Source: a virus
Lineage: Duplodnaviria; Caudoviricetes
Direction: 5' to 3' (one strand)
Virus record (IMG/VR): IMGVR_UViG_3300032282_004188
Location: 1-63,800 of that record
Length of the DNA: 63,800 nucleotides
Shown here: positions 39,967 through 50,400 of the stretch, piece by piece
How the letters are laid out: each line of letters opens with the position of its first letter
Numbering within the stretch: position 1 is the stretch's first letter
Notes under the pieces: generated by a model
Seen by the model: only the letters and a program-made list of their open reading frames with translations
Database searches by the model: none
Told to the model about the DNA's origin: nothing
Position numbers and translations under genes: made by a program

Positions 39967-41599
39967 TCAGTTCATCCTTTTCATCATTTGTATAAACTAT
40001 AGTATACTCTGACTCAAGAGCATTTTCAACTAACGTAAGCCACGCGTTATCAGATCTTTTAATATTTGGAGAAGTATTTCTTCCCTGTTGATTAGTCGGA
40101 CGAATTACATTACCTGCGCCTTTTCTTTTATTTGGCAAATTTCTTTGACCCTTTTGGGCAGGGTCTTGTTTATCAGCATTCAAAGCAACGTCTTTAGACT
40201 TTAACGAAGCGTTAAGCTCATTCTGCTTTTTGCTCATATCTATTTGTATTTGTGCCTGAATAGCCGCATAAAATTCTTTAGGATTATGCTCTGCGTCCAT
40301 ACCTAATTCTATTCTTGCTTCTGAAAGGCCAATTAAATTGCTTGTAAATTTTTGAATAGTATGAGTTTCTTTTTTTACTTGAGTATCAACATCTATCTCA
40401 TTAAATTTAAAATAACAACGATCTGAAACGCCATCTTCGAGTGGATTAGTTATAGGGTCAAAACCACCCTCTAAAAGAAGTTCATTAAATAAGTGAACTC
40501 TTACCATCTCAGAGAAAAGCTTTTGATACTGCTTAACTTTGTCATAAAGTGCAGTATCTAGTCTATCTGTCATTGATCTATTGCCTCCGCCCATCGACAT
40601 GCCAAGATGGTGAGGGGCAACGCCTAAGCCAACAGAAACTCTTTCCTTAAAGTGATCAAGATATTTAGATGCATCCAGTGCTGCGTTATTTGCTCCAATG
40701 ACTTCAATATTGTGACGGAACGGTAAAATTAATCCGCCTTCTGCCCTAAGATTTTCTAGCTCTTCACCAGCTGTACTAATTTCATGAGGTTCGGCTGGCT
40801 GATCTGCTGTTCCTATTGTATATTTATACAATGGAAACAGTTCTCTATGCACTAGGTTTTGAATATCTTCTTCTATTTGACGAAGGGCAACAATATCATC
40901 CAGGGCTGCTTCCATAAATGGCGTTCCAAATGCTCTGCCAGTTTTTTTATCAATGTAGACATGAATAACCTTATCGGCAGTCCAAACAGGGTCGCGATCT
41001 GTAGGCATATATGTAAGTGGATCAGTACGCTGTTGATACTTTTGGGGTCTATTATGCTTATCTCTTAATATCCGCACCTGTTCAGTAGGTATTAGGTAAT
41101 ATCCAACAACCGGTTGTTCCGTATTAACCCCCTCTAAAGGGGTCGGAAAATATTCTGATATGTCGCCACGTGCCTTAACAATAAAGGCGTTTCCATATTT
41201 AAAGAGATGATCTGTAACTTCTATTAAGAAGTCTAGGAAGGGACGTTTCATTGCCATTTCCATGTAATCTATTCTTTGATACAAGTAAGAAATTGCTTCT
41301 GGATTTTCTCCTACAATTTTCCAATTCTCTTTCCAGAATAACTCTTTATACTTATTTAAAGCTTGCTTTACATAAGAATCAGTATCAGCTGCCTGCATGA
41401 TTCTATAGAAATCATAAGGAGAGGGCTCAAAAGTTGATCTTTTACTGAAAAAATAAGTATTTCCCTGAAACCCAAGTGCTAGCGATGCAACTTTCATTGA
41501 TCTGCTAACTGATTTAATTTCTTCACCATCCAGTGCTTTGGCTGTAAAATTATTATTTTTATCAACTTGCCTAAAGGGCAAATAATCAAAGACTGCCAT
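39938..41599 (-). CDS. Portal protein
   Basis: LFKYGNAFIVK, YYLIPTEQVRI, KVIHVY...AFGTPFMEAALDD, LGVAPHHLG, CYFKFNEID motifs; start MAVFD with GGAGAG RBS (track start 41611). Confidence 0.88.
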   Translation of the reverse strand: MAVFDYLPFRQVDKNNNFTAKALDGEEIKSVSRSMKVASLALGFQGNTYFFSKRSTFEPSPYDFYRIMQAADTDSYVKQALNKYKELFWKENWKIVGENPEAISYLYQRIDYMEMAMKRPFLDFLIEVTDHLFKYGNAFIVKARGDISEYFPTPLEGVNTEQPVVGYYLIPTEQVRILRDKHNRPQKYQQRTDPLTYMPTDRDPVWTADKVIHVYIDKKTGRAFGTPFMEAALDDIVALRQIEEDIQNLVHRELFPLYKYTIGTADQPAEPHEISTAGEELENLRAEGGLILPFRHNIEVIGANNAALDASKYLDHFKERVSVGLGVAPHHLGMSMGGGNRSMTDRLDTALYDKVKQYQKLFSEMVRVHLFNELLLEGGFDPITNPLEDGVSDRCYFKFNEIDVDTQVKKETHTIQKFTSNLIGLSEARIELGMDAEHNPKEFYAAIQAQIQIDMSKKQNELNASLKSKDVALNADKQDPAQKGQRNLPNKRKGAGNVIRPTNQQGRNTSPNIKRSDNAWLTLVENALESEYTIVYTNDEKDELNVEKDDNKK

Positions 41600-41627
41600 G
41601 TATCTCTCCAATATGAAAACTATATAT

Positions 41628-41635
41628 AATAGTAG
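41628..41635 (-). promoter_or_regulatory. Candidate late promoter CTACTATT
   Basis: Intergenic, 29 nt upstream of the portal start; TACTAT core shared with the other copies. Confidence 0.45.
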
Positions 41636-41658
41636 TTAAAGTGCTGTTTTTTTATAAG

Positions 41659-41871
41659 TTACTCAGATTGGGTCTGATTAACCTTATCAAAGGCATTTTT
41701 CAAGATTAGCGTCTTAACTGATTCCATCCAGAAAATTGTTTCAGCTTCATTAAAATCACTCTTGTATTGAAGGTTTGCGTTTGAAATCTTAATTTCAATA
41801 ATAAATTCTTTAACTTCTACTGGCTCAGTTGTTTCAATTTCTTCAATTACTTCAGTTGTTTCATCCGACAT
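41659..41871 (-). CDS. Small acidic hypothetical protein
   Basis: Start MSDE with GAGG RBS (track start 41889). Confidence 0.7.
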   Translation of the reverse strand: MSDETTEVIEEIETTEPVEVKEFIIEIKISNANLQYKSDFNEAETIFWMESVKTLILKNAFDKVNQTQSE

Positions 41872-41881
41872 TTTATTTACC

Positions 41882-42073
41882 TCACTCAAAGTTGTCTGTT
41901 TTTGTTTGTTTAATTAATTTTTCTGTTTTACCTGGTTGCGTCATGGCAGTTAGAGTTGCAACTTTTGCACTTAGTTGTTTAATTGTTGCCTCTTTAACTA
42001 CCAAGTCAGTCACTAGTTGACCAATTTTTTCGCTAAATGTTTGAACTAAAATATTAATATCTAGGTCGTCCAT
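41882..42073 (-). CDS. Small coiled-coil hypothetical protein (63 aa)
   Basis: AAGGAAAGG RBS; heptad pattern LVTDLVVKEATIKQLSAKV. Confidence 0.7.
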   Translation of the reverse strand: MDDLDINILVQTFSEKIGQLVTDLVVKEATIKQLSAKVATLTAMTQPGKTEKLIKQTKTDNFE

Positions 42074-42103
42074 ATTTGCCTTTCCTTACAGTCTTAGGCA
42101 AAT

Positions 42104-42112
42104 ATTATATCA
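42104..42112 (-). promoter_or_regulatory. Extended -10 promoter TGATATAAT
   Basis: Perfect TGnTATAAT overlapping the stop of the upstream gene, ~30 nt before the 42073 start. Confidence 0.55.
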
Positions 42113-42913
42113 CATTGGGTAGCTTAAATGAGCATATGACTGGTTGATGTTTATCGGAAATCCTTTATTTCTTTCTCTATAATCATAGTATACATCTGAG
42201 ATCCATAATCTAAACGACTCTGGCATCTCTGCTTCAATATCGTATTCCTGAAGTGCACTGGCATCTCCCAGTATGAATCTTCCAACCTGTTGTGGTCTTA
42301 TTCCGATTAAGTCATCCCTTACATTTTTTGGCATTTGGACTATTTGTAAAATATTGTGGCAGAGTTTAGCCATTGGTTCTGTATTTTGGAATTCTGTATA
42401 ACCATATGCCCATTCTATGATCAATCTAAATAATTCATGAATTGTTCTGGACGTGCATTGTGGGTGCATGCCATATACCGTCTGAAATGCATCCAAAGTT
42501 TTCTCTGCTGTCTCCGAATAGGAAATAACTCCCAGAGGTGCAAGATCTATCACAGTGTAATGCTTTGTTATGATTGGAAATGTAACTTCATTATTTTCTG
42601 TAGAAATTACAAGTTGATCTATATCTTTATCTCCGTGCGTGATTTCTTGCATAGATTTGATTGCATATTCAGTAGTTGAGCATGCCTTGCCGAAGGATGA
42701 GTTATCATTTTTTTCTTCAACACCCCAAAGCTGAAAGCCTCGCAACAATCTATTGGGATTTATTTGGCATTCCGATATCCATTTATTGTCAACTTCATCC
42801 CATTCGGAATTAAATTTTGAAGTTGGTAGTTGTATATTTGGATATTGCCATTTATGGCGATTGGGATTCCATACCCAATCTGCGAATGGTCTTTCTGTAT
42901 CTATTTCTGACAT
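42110..42913 (-). CDS. Fibre-associated hypothetical protein (267 aa)
   Basis: N-terminal Trp-rich PFADWVWN...W..P...WDE...W motif of the type seen next to phage fibre genes; GAGG RBS. Confidence 0.6.
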   Translation of the reverse strand: MSEIDTERPFADWVWNPNRHKWQYPNIQLPTSKFNSEWDEVDNKWISECQINPNRLLRGFQLWGVEEKNDNSSFGKACSTTEYAIKSMQEITHGDKDIDQLVISTENNEVTFPIITKHYTVIDLAPLGVISYSETAEKTLDAFQTVYGMHPQCTSRTIHELFRLIIEWAYGYTEFQNTEPMAKLCHNILQIVQMPKNVRDDLIGIRPQQVGRFILGDASALQEYDIEAEMPESFRLWISDVYYDYRERNKGFPININQSYAHLSYPM

Positions 42914-42920
42914 ATTAACC

Positions 42921-44918
42921 TCACGTTACTCCGTCGTCATAATTTAAAGTAAAATATCTAAATTTTAATTTTACTTCTTGAACCTTAGCGTACCAGCCGA
43001 AACCAGTATCTACTCTTGCTACTTCTAGTTTAACATAGAATGCCGTGTCTTTAAACTCTGATGCGTAGGTTGCATACATAGTTGTAGACGGCGCAAAATT
43101 TCTTGTTTGATTTATGCCGAAAGATTCATCACCTACGTTTATTTGTGTGTTATTTAAATAGACTTTAATAGTTGTTGCAAGATCACCGTTTGTGACTGAT
43201 ACAAAATTATCGTTGGCTTCTATTTTTGCATAAGAGTAATCACTCTTGACATTGAAATACGCATTAAGCGTTTCTGTTCCATAGTCTTTATCAACTAATC
43301 CTGTGAGGCCCATGGTTGGGGTATTTGTGCCGTCCCCTAAAACTTCAGTGAGGCTAAATTGCAGAGTTGTTCCAACATCTGCTGTTGCAATTTTGACCGT
43401 TGAACCACCCACCACATCCATTGCCCCTCCTTTATCTTTGATGTTAAGATTGCTAACAGCACTGCCTCCGGAAGTTGCACTAGTAATTGTTCCAGTATCG
43501 CTTTTATAGGCGCTATCGAACGCAGATACAAATGAAATATAACGCAATTCATTATCAGCAATTCTTTTATTAAGATCTTTTGTGCCATTAGTTACAGAAT
43601 CTGATAGTCCAGCAATTGTTACACTGTTGTCGCTGGCATTAAACGGATAAATAGTGCTGCCTCCACCTTTTATGTTGACATAATAGGTGCTGCCTCCTGC
43701 GTTTTCGCGTTTTGTAGTTAGAATATTACCCCTTAGTCTGTTTATGTTACTAACAGTAACGTTTGTTACACTTTTTACAGATGTCAACCCTGAGCCCGAA
43801 TAATATACATATGATCCATCTCTTTTTATGCTCGTCACTGTTGTAGAAAATGGCAGCTCTACCGATGGATTAGAAAGCCAAACTGTGCCACTGTTTCCAT
43901 CCGAAGCTTTAGCTGGAGTGGTGTTGCTATCATAGTTTGAGCTTGCGCTAATTTCACTCTTATCTGTACCAGTTCCTATTTCTCTAAAGTAGGTGGTATC
44001 ATTCATTGCCGCAAAAGTTCCTATTACTTCTGGCTTACTGTATAGAGGCCTAATGAAGTTAGAATAACTGCCCCAGGCTCCAACTTCTGAATTACTATTT
44101 CCTAGCCCGGAATATACTACTCGTGCTCGAAACCGATATTCCTTATCATTGTCCAATGAAGTAAAATACCTTCCTCGGTTATCATTTGATTGATTATCTG
44201 TGAAAGCGTTTGATGAATCATCTACCGTGCCTAGGTCCGTCCATGCACTGCCGCTTCCCGCATTTCTACTTTGATATTGCCATCTTAACCATGCGTCCCC
44301 GTTATTGTATGCATTACCTTCGGCGTACAGATATAGTTGAGTGCTTGTTTTAAGGGCTACGCCGAAATATGATGCTAACGATACTGGTTTGCCTGCTGTG
44401 AAATACGGATGTGTTGTAACAGTTAACGTATTTCCAGCCACTGACTTAATAAGACCATTAGAGCTATTGTAGAACTGTGCTACAGATGCTATGTAATATG
44501 TTGCGTCTTCATCTAGTACACTGTTGTAAGTATTGGATCCAAAGGTTTCAATTTGACCAGAATAAGTTGTTGTGGTGTATCCTGTATTAGGGTGTATTTG
44601 CGTACTTATAGGGGATAAGAAAACTGGCGGATTTACATCATCTATATATGCTAGGACTATTACATTGTCGCCACTTGAATTATTATGCTGTACGGTAATT
44701 CTTATTCTTCTACTACTCTTATCTGACAGGGCAATTACTGGTGCTGCGGCAGTTCCGCCATTTCCAACTGATCTAATGTAGAAAACTTCCCAACCAGATC
44801 CTGTGTATATTTCTCCTTTTTGTATATTAGTAAACGTACCAGATCCTGCTGCGGACGTGCATATTTCAGGGTCATCCACATCTTGCCAACTGCTTCCATT
44901 ATATATTTCAATAGCCAT
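42921..44918 (-). CDS. Putative receptor-binding/fibre protein with FN3-like domains (665 aa)
   Basis: LDEDATYYI, LDNDKEYRFRARV...GAWGSYS FN3 patterns; ASSNYD...KASDGNSGTVWLS resembles a discoidin start. Confidence 0.6.
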   Translation of the reverse strand: MAIEIYNGSSWQDVDDPEICTSAAGSGTFTNIQKGEIYTGSGWEVFYIRSVGNGGTAAAPVIALSDKSSRRIRITVQHNNSSGDNVIVLAYIDDVNPPVFLSPISTQIHPNTGYTTTTYSGQIETFGSNTYNSVLDEDATYYIASVAQFYNSSNGLIKSVAGNTLTVTTHPYFTAGKPVSLASYFGVALKTSTQLYLYAEGNAYNNGDAWLRWQYQSRNAGSGSAWTDLGTVDDSSNAFTDNQSNDNRGRYFTSLDNDKEYRFRARVVYSGLGNSNSEVGAWGSYSNFIRPLYSKPEVIGTFAAMNDTTYFREIGTGTDKSEISASSNYDSNTTPAKASDGNSGTVWLSNPSVELPFSTTVTSIKRDGSYVYYSGSGLTSVKSVTNVTVSNINRLRGNILTTKRENAGGSTYYVNIKGGGSTIYPFNASDNSVTIAGLSDSVTNGTKDLNKRIADNELRYISFVSAFDSAYKSDTGTITSATSGGSAVSNLNIKDKGGAMDVVGGSTVKIATADVGTTLQFSLTEVLGDGTNTPTMGLTGLVDKDYGTETLNAYFNVKSDYSYAKIEANDNFVSVTNGDLATTIKVYLNNTQINVGDESFGINQTRNFAPSTTMYATYASEFKDTAFYVKLEVARVDTGFGWYAKVQEVKLKFRYFTLNYDDGVT

Positions 44919-44926
44919 AATTAATC

Positions 44927-46564
44927 CTAAGAAAAATAAATATCTCCGACAGATGGAGATCCTGGCTTAGTTCCGCCATACTGAATATTTCTTATAAACA
45001 TACCTTGTAGTCCTCCACCTGAACTTGAAGTTCCTGAACCATAACCACTTATGAGCGGAGTTATAATCCTTGAAGAGAACCATGCCCAACCACCAGGCGC
45101 AATTGCGCTCAAAGAAGATCCAGAACCACTATATAAAGCTCCACTTAATGCGCCACTACCATTTTGATCTACAATTCCTATATTCCATCCACCTAATACC
45201 CCAGATGTTGCAGTCATTTCTCCAGCTGGAGTAACTCTAAATGGGGCAGAAAGAAATGTTGTTCCATGACCTAAATAAATCCCATTGGAATCAGCTTTAA
45301 ATATATTATTACCTGATCCAATTGATATAGTTCCACCAGATAGTGCACCAGTAAATGTACCTCCACCGTTAATTGTTAAATTTGTTCCATCAAATGTTAG
45401 AGAGTTAGTAGAACTTGCAATTCTTACTTTCCCATCTGCTCCAAAATAAAAACCATTTCCAGCTGTAGCTGTTGTACTTCCAGTATTAATGTAGGTTCCT
45501 GCGTCTGCAGAGGTTCCAACAATTTTTATCTTATTGGTTCCAGTGCCAACTTGCAGTGTTCCAGATGTTGCCCCACCAACTGTTACCGTACTTGTAAAAG
45601 TTCCTGCGTTAGCGTTAACAGTTCCAGTAAAAGTTCCAGAAGTTGCAGTAATAGCTCCTGTCACGTTTACGCCAGTTGCCGTTAATGCGCCAGCACTTGT
45701 AACCTTGAAAGGTGGTGACGCAGAAAAAGTTGATGCACCTAGCCACATATTTCCACTGGAATCTACATGGAATGAAGTTGTACCTGATCCGCCAATATCA
45801 ATTGTTCCACCATCTATTGCACCTCTTGCAACTATATTATTAAATTCGGCTCTACCATCTCCTGATATAATCCAACCAGCTGATCCGCTAGTCCATATGT
45901 CTGTTGTATTATTATATGCACCATTATAATCAGAAGATCTAAGGATCGCTTTATTGTCAGGACTAGTTATTGTTGTGGCAGTTCCTGGTTGAGTTAGTAT
46001 TATCTCATGTGCGCCAATTGTTCCAGCAGTTATTTTTCCTGCTGTCAAAGAACCAATAAACTTTTCATCGATCAATGGAGTGTCACCTGAGGCGACTATT
46101 GATGTCCAGCCACTGATGTTGCCTGATGTATCAATTGTTCTTACTCTTCCATAATACTTTACTGGATTAGTAGTAGATGAAGTGCTAGTTGTTGTGCTGT
46201 TATCGTCTACTGAAACAACAAAAACATTAGTCTGAACAAAACCAGTTCTATGTGGGGTTTGTCCAGAAATAATTGAATTTAAACCACTGACAATTTGTAT
46301 TTGGGCTTGCTTGTATAGTTCATATTCATACTTTCCTGCATCTTCGTCAACACTGTCTGTATACTTAAATAATACATTAAGAAAAGATGCTGCGAGAACA
46401 AGGTTTGATGGCGCATTAGGTATTGTTGAATCTGTTGGAGTTCTAAATCTTACTGAATCTGTGTAGCCTGATAAAACATTAATGTCATTATTTTTTGCGC
46501 GAACAGTAACAATATACTCTTTATTTGGTTTTAAGTTTTCTATATTTTTAGATACAATACTCAT
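44927..46564 (-). CDS. Tail fibre/tip protein with FN3 and beta-repeat region (545 aa)
   Basis: ENLKPNKEYIVTVRA, YYGRVRTIDTSGNISGW, LTAGKITAGTI, repeated APF(K/R)VT.AG. Confidence 0.65.
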   Translation of the reverse strand: MSIVSKNIENLKPNKEYIVTVRAKNNDINVLSGYTDSVRFRTPTDSTIPNAPSNLVLAASFLNVLFKYTDSVDEDAGKYEYELYKQAQIQIVSGLNSIISGQTPHRTGFVQTNVFVVSVDDNSTTTSTSSTTNPVKYYGRVRTIDTSGNISGWTSIVASGDTPLIDEKFIGSLTAGKITAGTIGAHEIILTQPGTATTITSPDNKAILRSSDYNGAYNNTTDIWTSGSAGWIISGDGRAEFNNIVARGAIDGGTIDIGGSGTTSFHVDSSGNMWLGASTFSASPPFKVTSAGALTATGVNVTGAITATSGTFTGTVNANAGTFTSTVTVGGATSGTLQVGTGTNKIKIVGTSADAGTYINTGSTTATAGNGFYFGADGKVRIASSTNSLTFDGTNLTINGGGTFTGALSGGTISIGSGNNIFKADSNGIYLGHGTTFLSAPFRVTPAGEMTATSGVLGGWNIGIVDQNGSGALSGALYSGSGSSLSAIAPGGWAWFSSRIITPLISGYGSGTSSSGGGLQGMFIRNIQYGGTKPGSPSVGDIYFS

Positions 46565-47097
46565 TATCTTATGCCACCTATCAGCGTAAATGTATTATTG
46601 GATTGATTAACTATTTCATTTCCAATTGTTAAATATAGATTATAGCTAAATGAATAAGAAGTTATTTTAATATTATTTCCATTTGAAAGAACATTTTTAT
46701 CATATAATGTTTCTATCTCGACAAAATAATCTCTTTCTTCAAAATCTGTCTTTGCAAAAAGCTGTTGATTATCAGAGTAGGTTCTAGCAAATGAATCAAT
46801 TGTTTGCCAATCTAAAGCTAAAGAATTATTCGTATTTACATTATCGGAAAGTGCCGTAAATTTAATTCTAAATTTTCCATAATTAGGACCCTTACCTCCA
46901 TATAAAGTAAACTTAGGGCCAGTAAAATTCATATATAACTTAGATGCTGGCTTTGAAGATAATCCATTATTCCAATCTGTCATTGGATTGATAAATGAAA
47001 AATTATATGATGAATCTGAATTTAAGTCAACTAAATATTGATCTGTATTTACATTGGAATAGAATCCATAATAAGGATTAGAATATGTCACTGTCAT
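46564..47097 (-). CDS. Putative carbohydrate-binding-module-like virion protein (177 aa)
   Basis: FTGPKFTLYGGKGPNYGKFRI...IDSF...QQLF jelly-roll pattern. Confidence 0.5.
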   Translation of the reverse strand: MTVTYSNPYYGFYSNVNTDQYLVDLNSDSSYNFSFINPMTDWNNGLSSKPASKLYMNFTGPKFTLYGGKGPNYGKFRIKFTALSDNVNTNNSLALDWQTIDSFARTYSDNQQLFAKTDFEERDYFVEIETLYDKNVLSNGNNIKITSYSFSYNLYLTIGNEIVNQSNNTFTLIGGIR

Positions 47098-47435
47098 TGT
47101 GGCTCACCTTCTTGCTCTGGTAATGCTGGTTCTTCTTCTTCAACAATGTCCCATTGACATGTTGTTTCGTTTAAAACCCATTCGTATTCTTCGGGCTTTG
47201 GCGGGATGAAAGCATCCCGTGTTTCATCATAGGCATAACCGATGCCAGCGTAGTTAAACCGCACTGGCTCTTTACCTTGTGAGTGTTCGCCAGCAAAAGT
47301 ATTGACAGATGTCTTAATCCAACGCCCACCAAGGTTGTCAATTAACCATTGATAGCCTTCGTCGGGTTCGTCATTATTACCTACTGTAATATTGATAACA
47401 ATATTATTTTCATCTATTTGTGCCCAATGACTCAT
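47094..47435 (-). CDS. Small fibre-associated protein
   Basis: MSHWAQIDENNIV...WIKTS...RFNYAGIGYAYDETRDAFIPPKP; ATGA overlap with the upstream gene (track start 47444). Confidence 0.7.
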   Translation of the reverse strand: MSHWAQIDENNIVINITVGNNDEPDEGYQWLIDNLGGRWIKTSVNTFAGEHSQGKEPVRFNYAGIGYAYDETRDAFIPPKPEEYEWVLNETTCQWDIVEEEEPALPEQEGEPQ

Positions 47436-50400
47436 GTTAACCACCTTAAGAAAACTATTCCAGCCCTACCCCCAGATGCTGTGGACCCACCGCTTCCGAC
47501 TCCTCCTCCACCAGAGCCTAAATCATTGGATGTAGTTCCAGCCGTAGAGGCGCCTCCGCTTCCGCCTTGACCGACAGTAAATGTTGAGGCTATGGTTGGA
47601 TTTAATGCTACTCCGCCCGCGCCACGAGTATTTAATGATGCGGCTTCACCACTGCCGCCAATTCCTGCACCTCCGCCACCAGCCCTAAAGATGCCACTGC
47701 CTGAAGCGCTGGCTCCAGCACCTCCCAAATAATGATTATTAGAAGAACCATTACCGCCACTAGCGCCGTAGGCCCCGCCCCCTCCTGGGGACCCACCACT
47801 AGGCCCTGAACTGCTGACTATGGTGGAACCTGAATAAACTATTGAAGTGGTACCACCACTACTGCCGCCGGTGCCAGTATAGGTAAGACTAGGATTACTA
47901 CCAGAAATATATGTACCACGGCTTCCACCGCCACCAATAGTAATTACGTAATCACCCGTGCTGCCACTTGTTAGTGTTCCAGATGTGTAGTTTCCACCCG
48001 CTCCTCCTCCACCGCCACCACGGTTAGCGAGACCAGTGTTATTACCTCCGCCTCCACCTCCTGAACCACCACTCAAAGCAAAATATCCAATATCTTTAGC
48101 GCCAGTTGAAATTGTAAAAGTACCGTTAGCAGTAAAGTACACACCAGTATATCCAGCACCAGCATCATATGAAGTGCCACCTGAGGTCGTAAAAGGAATC
48201 GCTATTGACCAAGTAAATTCTTTAGTGACATTACCCGCGGTATTTTCTGCCCTAACAGTAAATGTATAGGAAAAAGAAGAGCCATTAACAGGTGTTGTAT
48301 ACGTCCCAGTAATTGCTCCAGTAGAAGAATTAATACTGAATCCGCTGGGCAAAGATCCAGCACTAATGCTATATGTTATTAGTGTAGGATAGGCTGTGTT
48401 GCTTGATACTCCATCTGAATAGGCGGTATTGTATGTTGGAGTTCCTAGTGTTTCGTCATTCCATGTTGGAGCCCTATTAACGTTGAAACTAAAAGATTTA
48501 TTTATACTTCCTTCACTATTGGTGGCGGTTATTGTAAAACTGTGATTGCCAGTTGCGGTGGACGTTCCACTCAATGTGCCAGAAGAGCTCAATGTTAGCC
48601 CCGTTGGTAACGAGCCAGAGGTAACTGAAAATGTAGCTACTGGATAAGACAAAGTAGAAAGCGAATCCGAATATGCGGTATTATACAATGCATCTGCTAA
48701 GGTTTCATCATTCCATGTTGGAACCTTATTAATTGCGCCGGAAAATGATTGTGTGACAGATCCAGTTTCATTAACTGCCTGAATAGTGAATGAATATGCT
48801 CCGTAATAAGTTGGGATACCAGCAATTGCTCCATAAGCTGGGGTGCCAGTAATTACTTCATTTACATCAAAAGACCGCACTGCGCGCACTCGGTTTTGGT
48901 AATTTTTGTAGTTAGCGTTCTGAAAGCCGTCGACAAAACTTTGATTATACGCGCTGCTGGGGCCATCTTCAGAAGAACTCCAATAGGGCTGACTTGTCGC
49001 GAAATCAGCATTTAAAGCAGCCCTGTTTATGTATATTTGGTCTAGTTCATGAACTGAAGGCAAGAACCAATCTGATTTTCCTCCATAAACTAACTCACTA
49101 CAATACACGGCAGCCGAGTTCGCTGCCACATTTCCTGATTGGTTCACAATATTAATAGTGTTCTGTTCGCCAGTACCGATGTCGTTATCATTAGGCCCCG
49201 TCGCCGTCACTAGCCAATTTGACCCAGTCGCCCATTCTCTTAAAGCGTCCGTAGAAACTGGTGCTACCTCAAAATACTTACCTGTGGAGTTTCCAGCCGT
49301 AGACGGAGTAATGAATACCTTGCCTCCACCAGGACCAGTATCGCCAACATTAAGTGTCAAAGGGTTTAAAGAAAGCCCCGTTGGTAAAGTTCCAGAACTA
49401 ATTGTATATGTTGGACTTCCCGTAGCGACTACTTGATCAGAGTAGGCTGTATTGTATGTGAATGTTGCCAGTGTATTATCCGTCCATGCGGGAGTCACAA
49501 ACAAGCTGTCAGTAAATGATTGAGTAACACTACTAACTGCATTTTCCGCTCTTACAGTGAAAGAATATGATCCAGCTGTTGTTGAAGTTCCAGTAATTGC
49601 ACCAGTCGAAGAATTTAGAGTTATCCCAGATGGAAGTGCTCCGGCAGAAATAGAATATGTCACTGCGGGATAACCTGAAGCTGCAACTGCGTCACTATAA
49701 GCCTGCCCGTAAATCATATTTGCAATTGTTGAATCAGTCCACGCTGGAGCTGTGTATATCGTTCCGCTAAAAGCTTTTTCGGCGTAGCCCCAAGTGTTAG
49801 TTGCACGAATTGTAAAACTATAAGAACCAGTAGAACTAGTTGTTCCAGTTATTGCTCCAGTAGATGTATTGAGCGATAATCCAGTTGGTAGTGATCCAGA
49901 ATAGACGGAGTAAACTATAGTTGCAGTGCCTGTGGCTGAAATGCCATTGCTATACACTACGCCTTGCGTAATGATACCGAGTGTTTCATCCGACCAAGAT
50001 GGTGGCGTTTGAATAGTTCCTGAAAAAGATTGAGTAACATTACCAGCGGTATTTTCTGCTCTTATAGTAAAACTGTATGATCCGCTCTGCGTTGAAGTTC
50101 CAGTTACTGCGCCAGTAGAAGTGTTTAAACTTATGCCAGTGGGAAGTGCTCCCGACGAAATTGAATACGTTATTGTAGGATACCCTATGGCTGCTACTGA
50201 ATCTGAATATGCGATATTGTAATTAATATTTACTAAGGTATTGTCTGTCCAACTTGGAGTTCTATTAATTGCGCCGGAAAATGATTGAGTGACAGATCCA
50301 GTTTCATTAGCTGCTTGGACAGTGAAGGAGTATGCTCCATAATATGTTGGAGTACCTGTTACTGCTCCAGTGGAAGAATTTAATGATAATCCTGTTGGTA

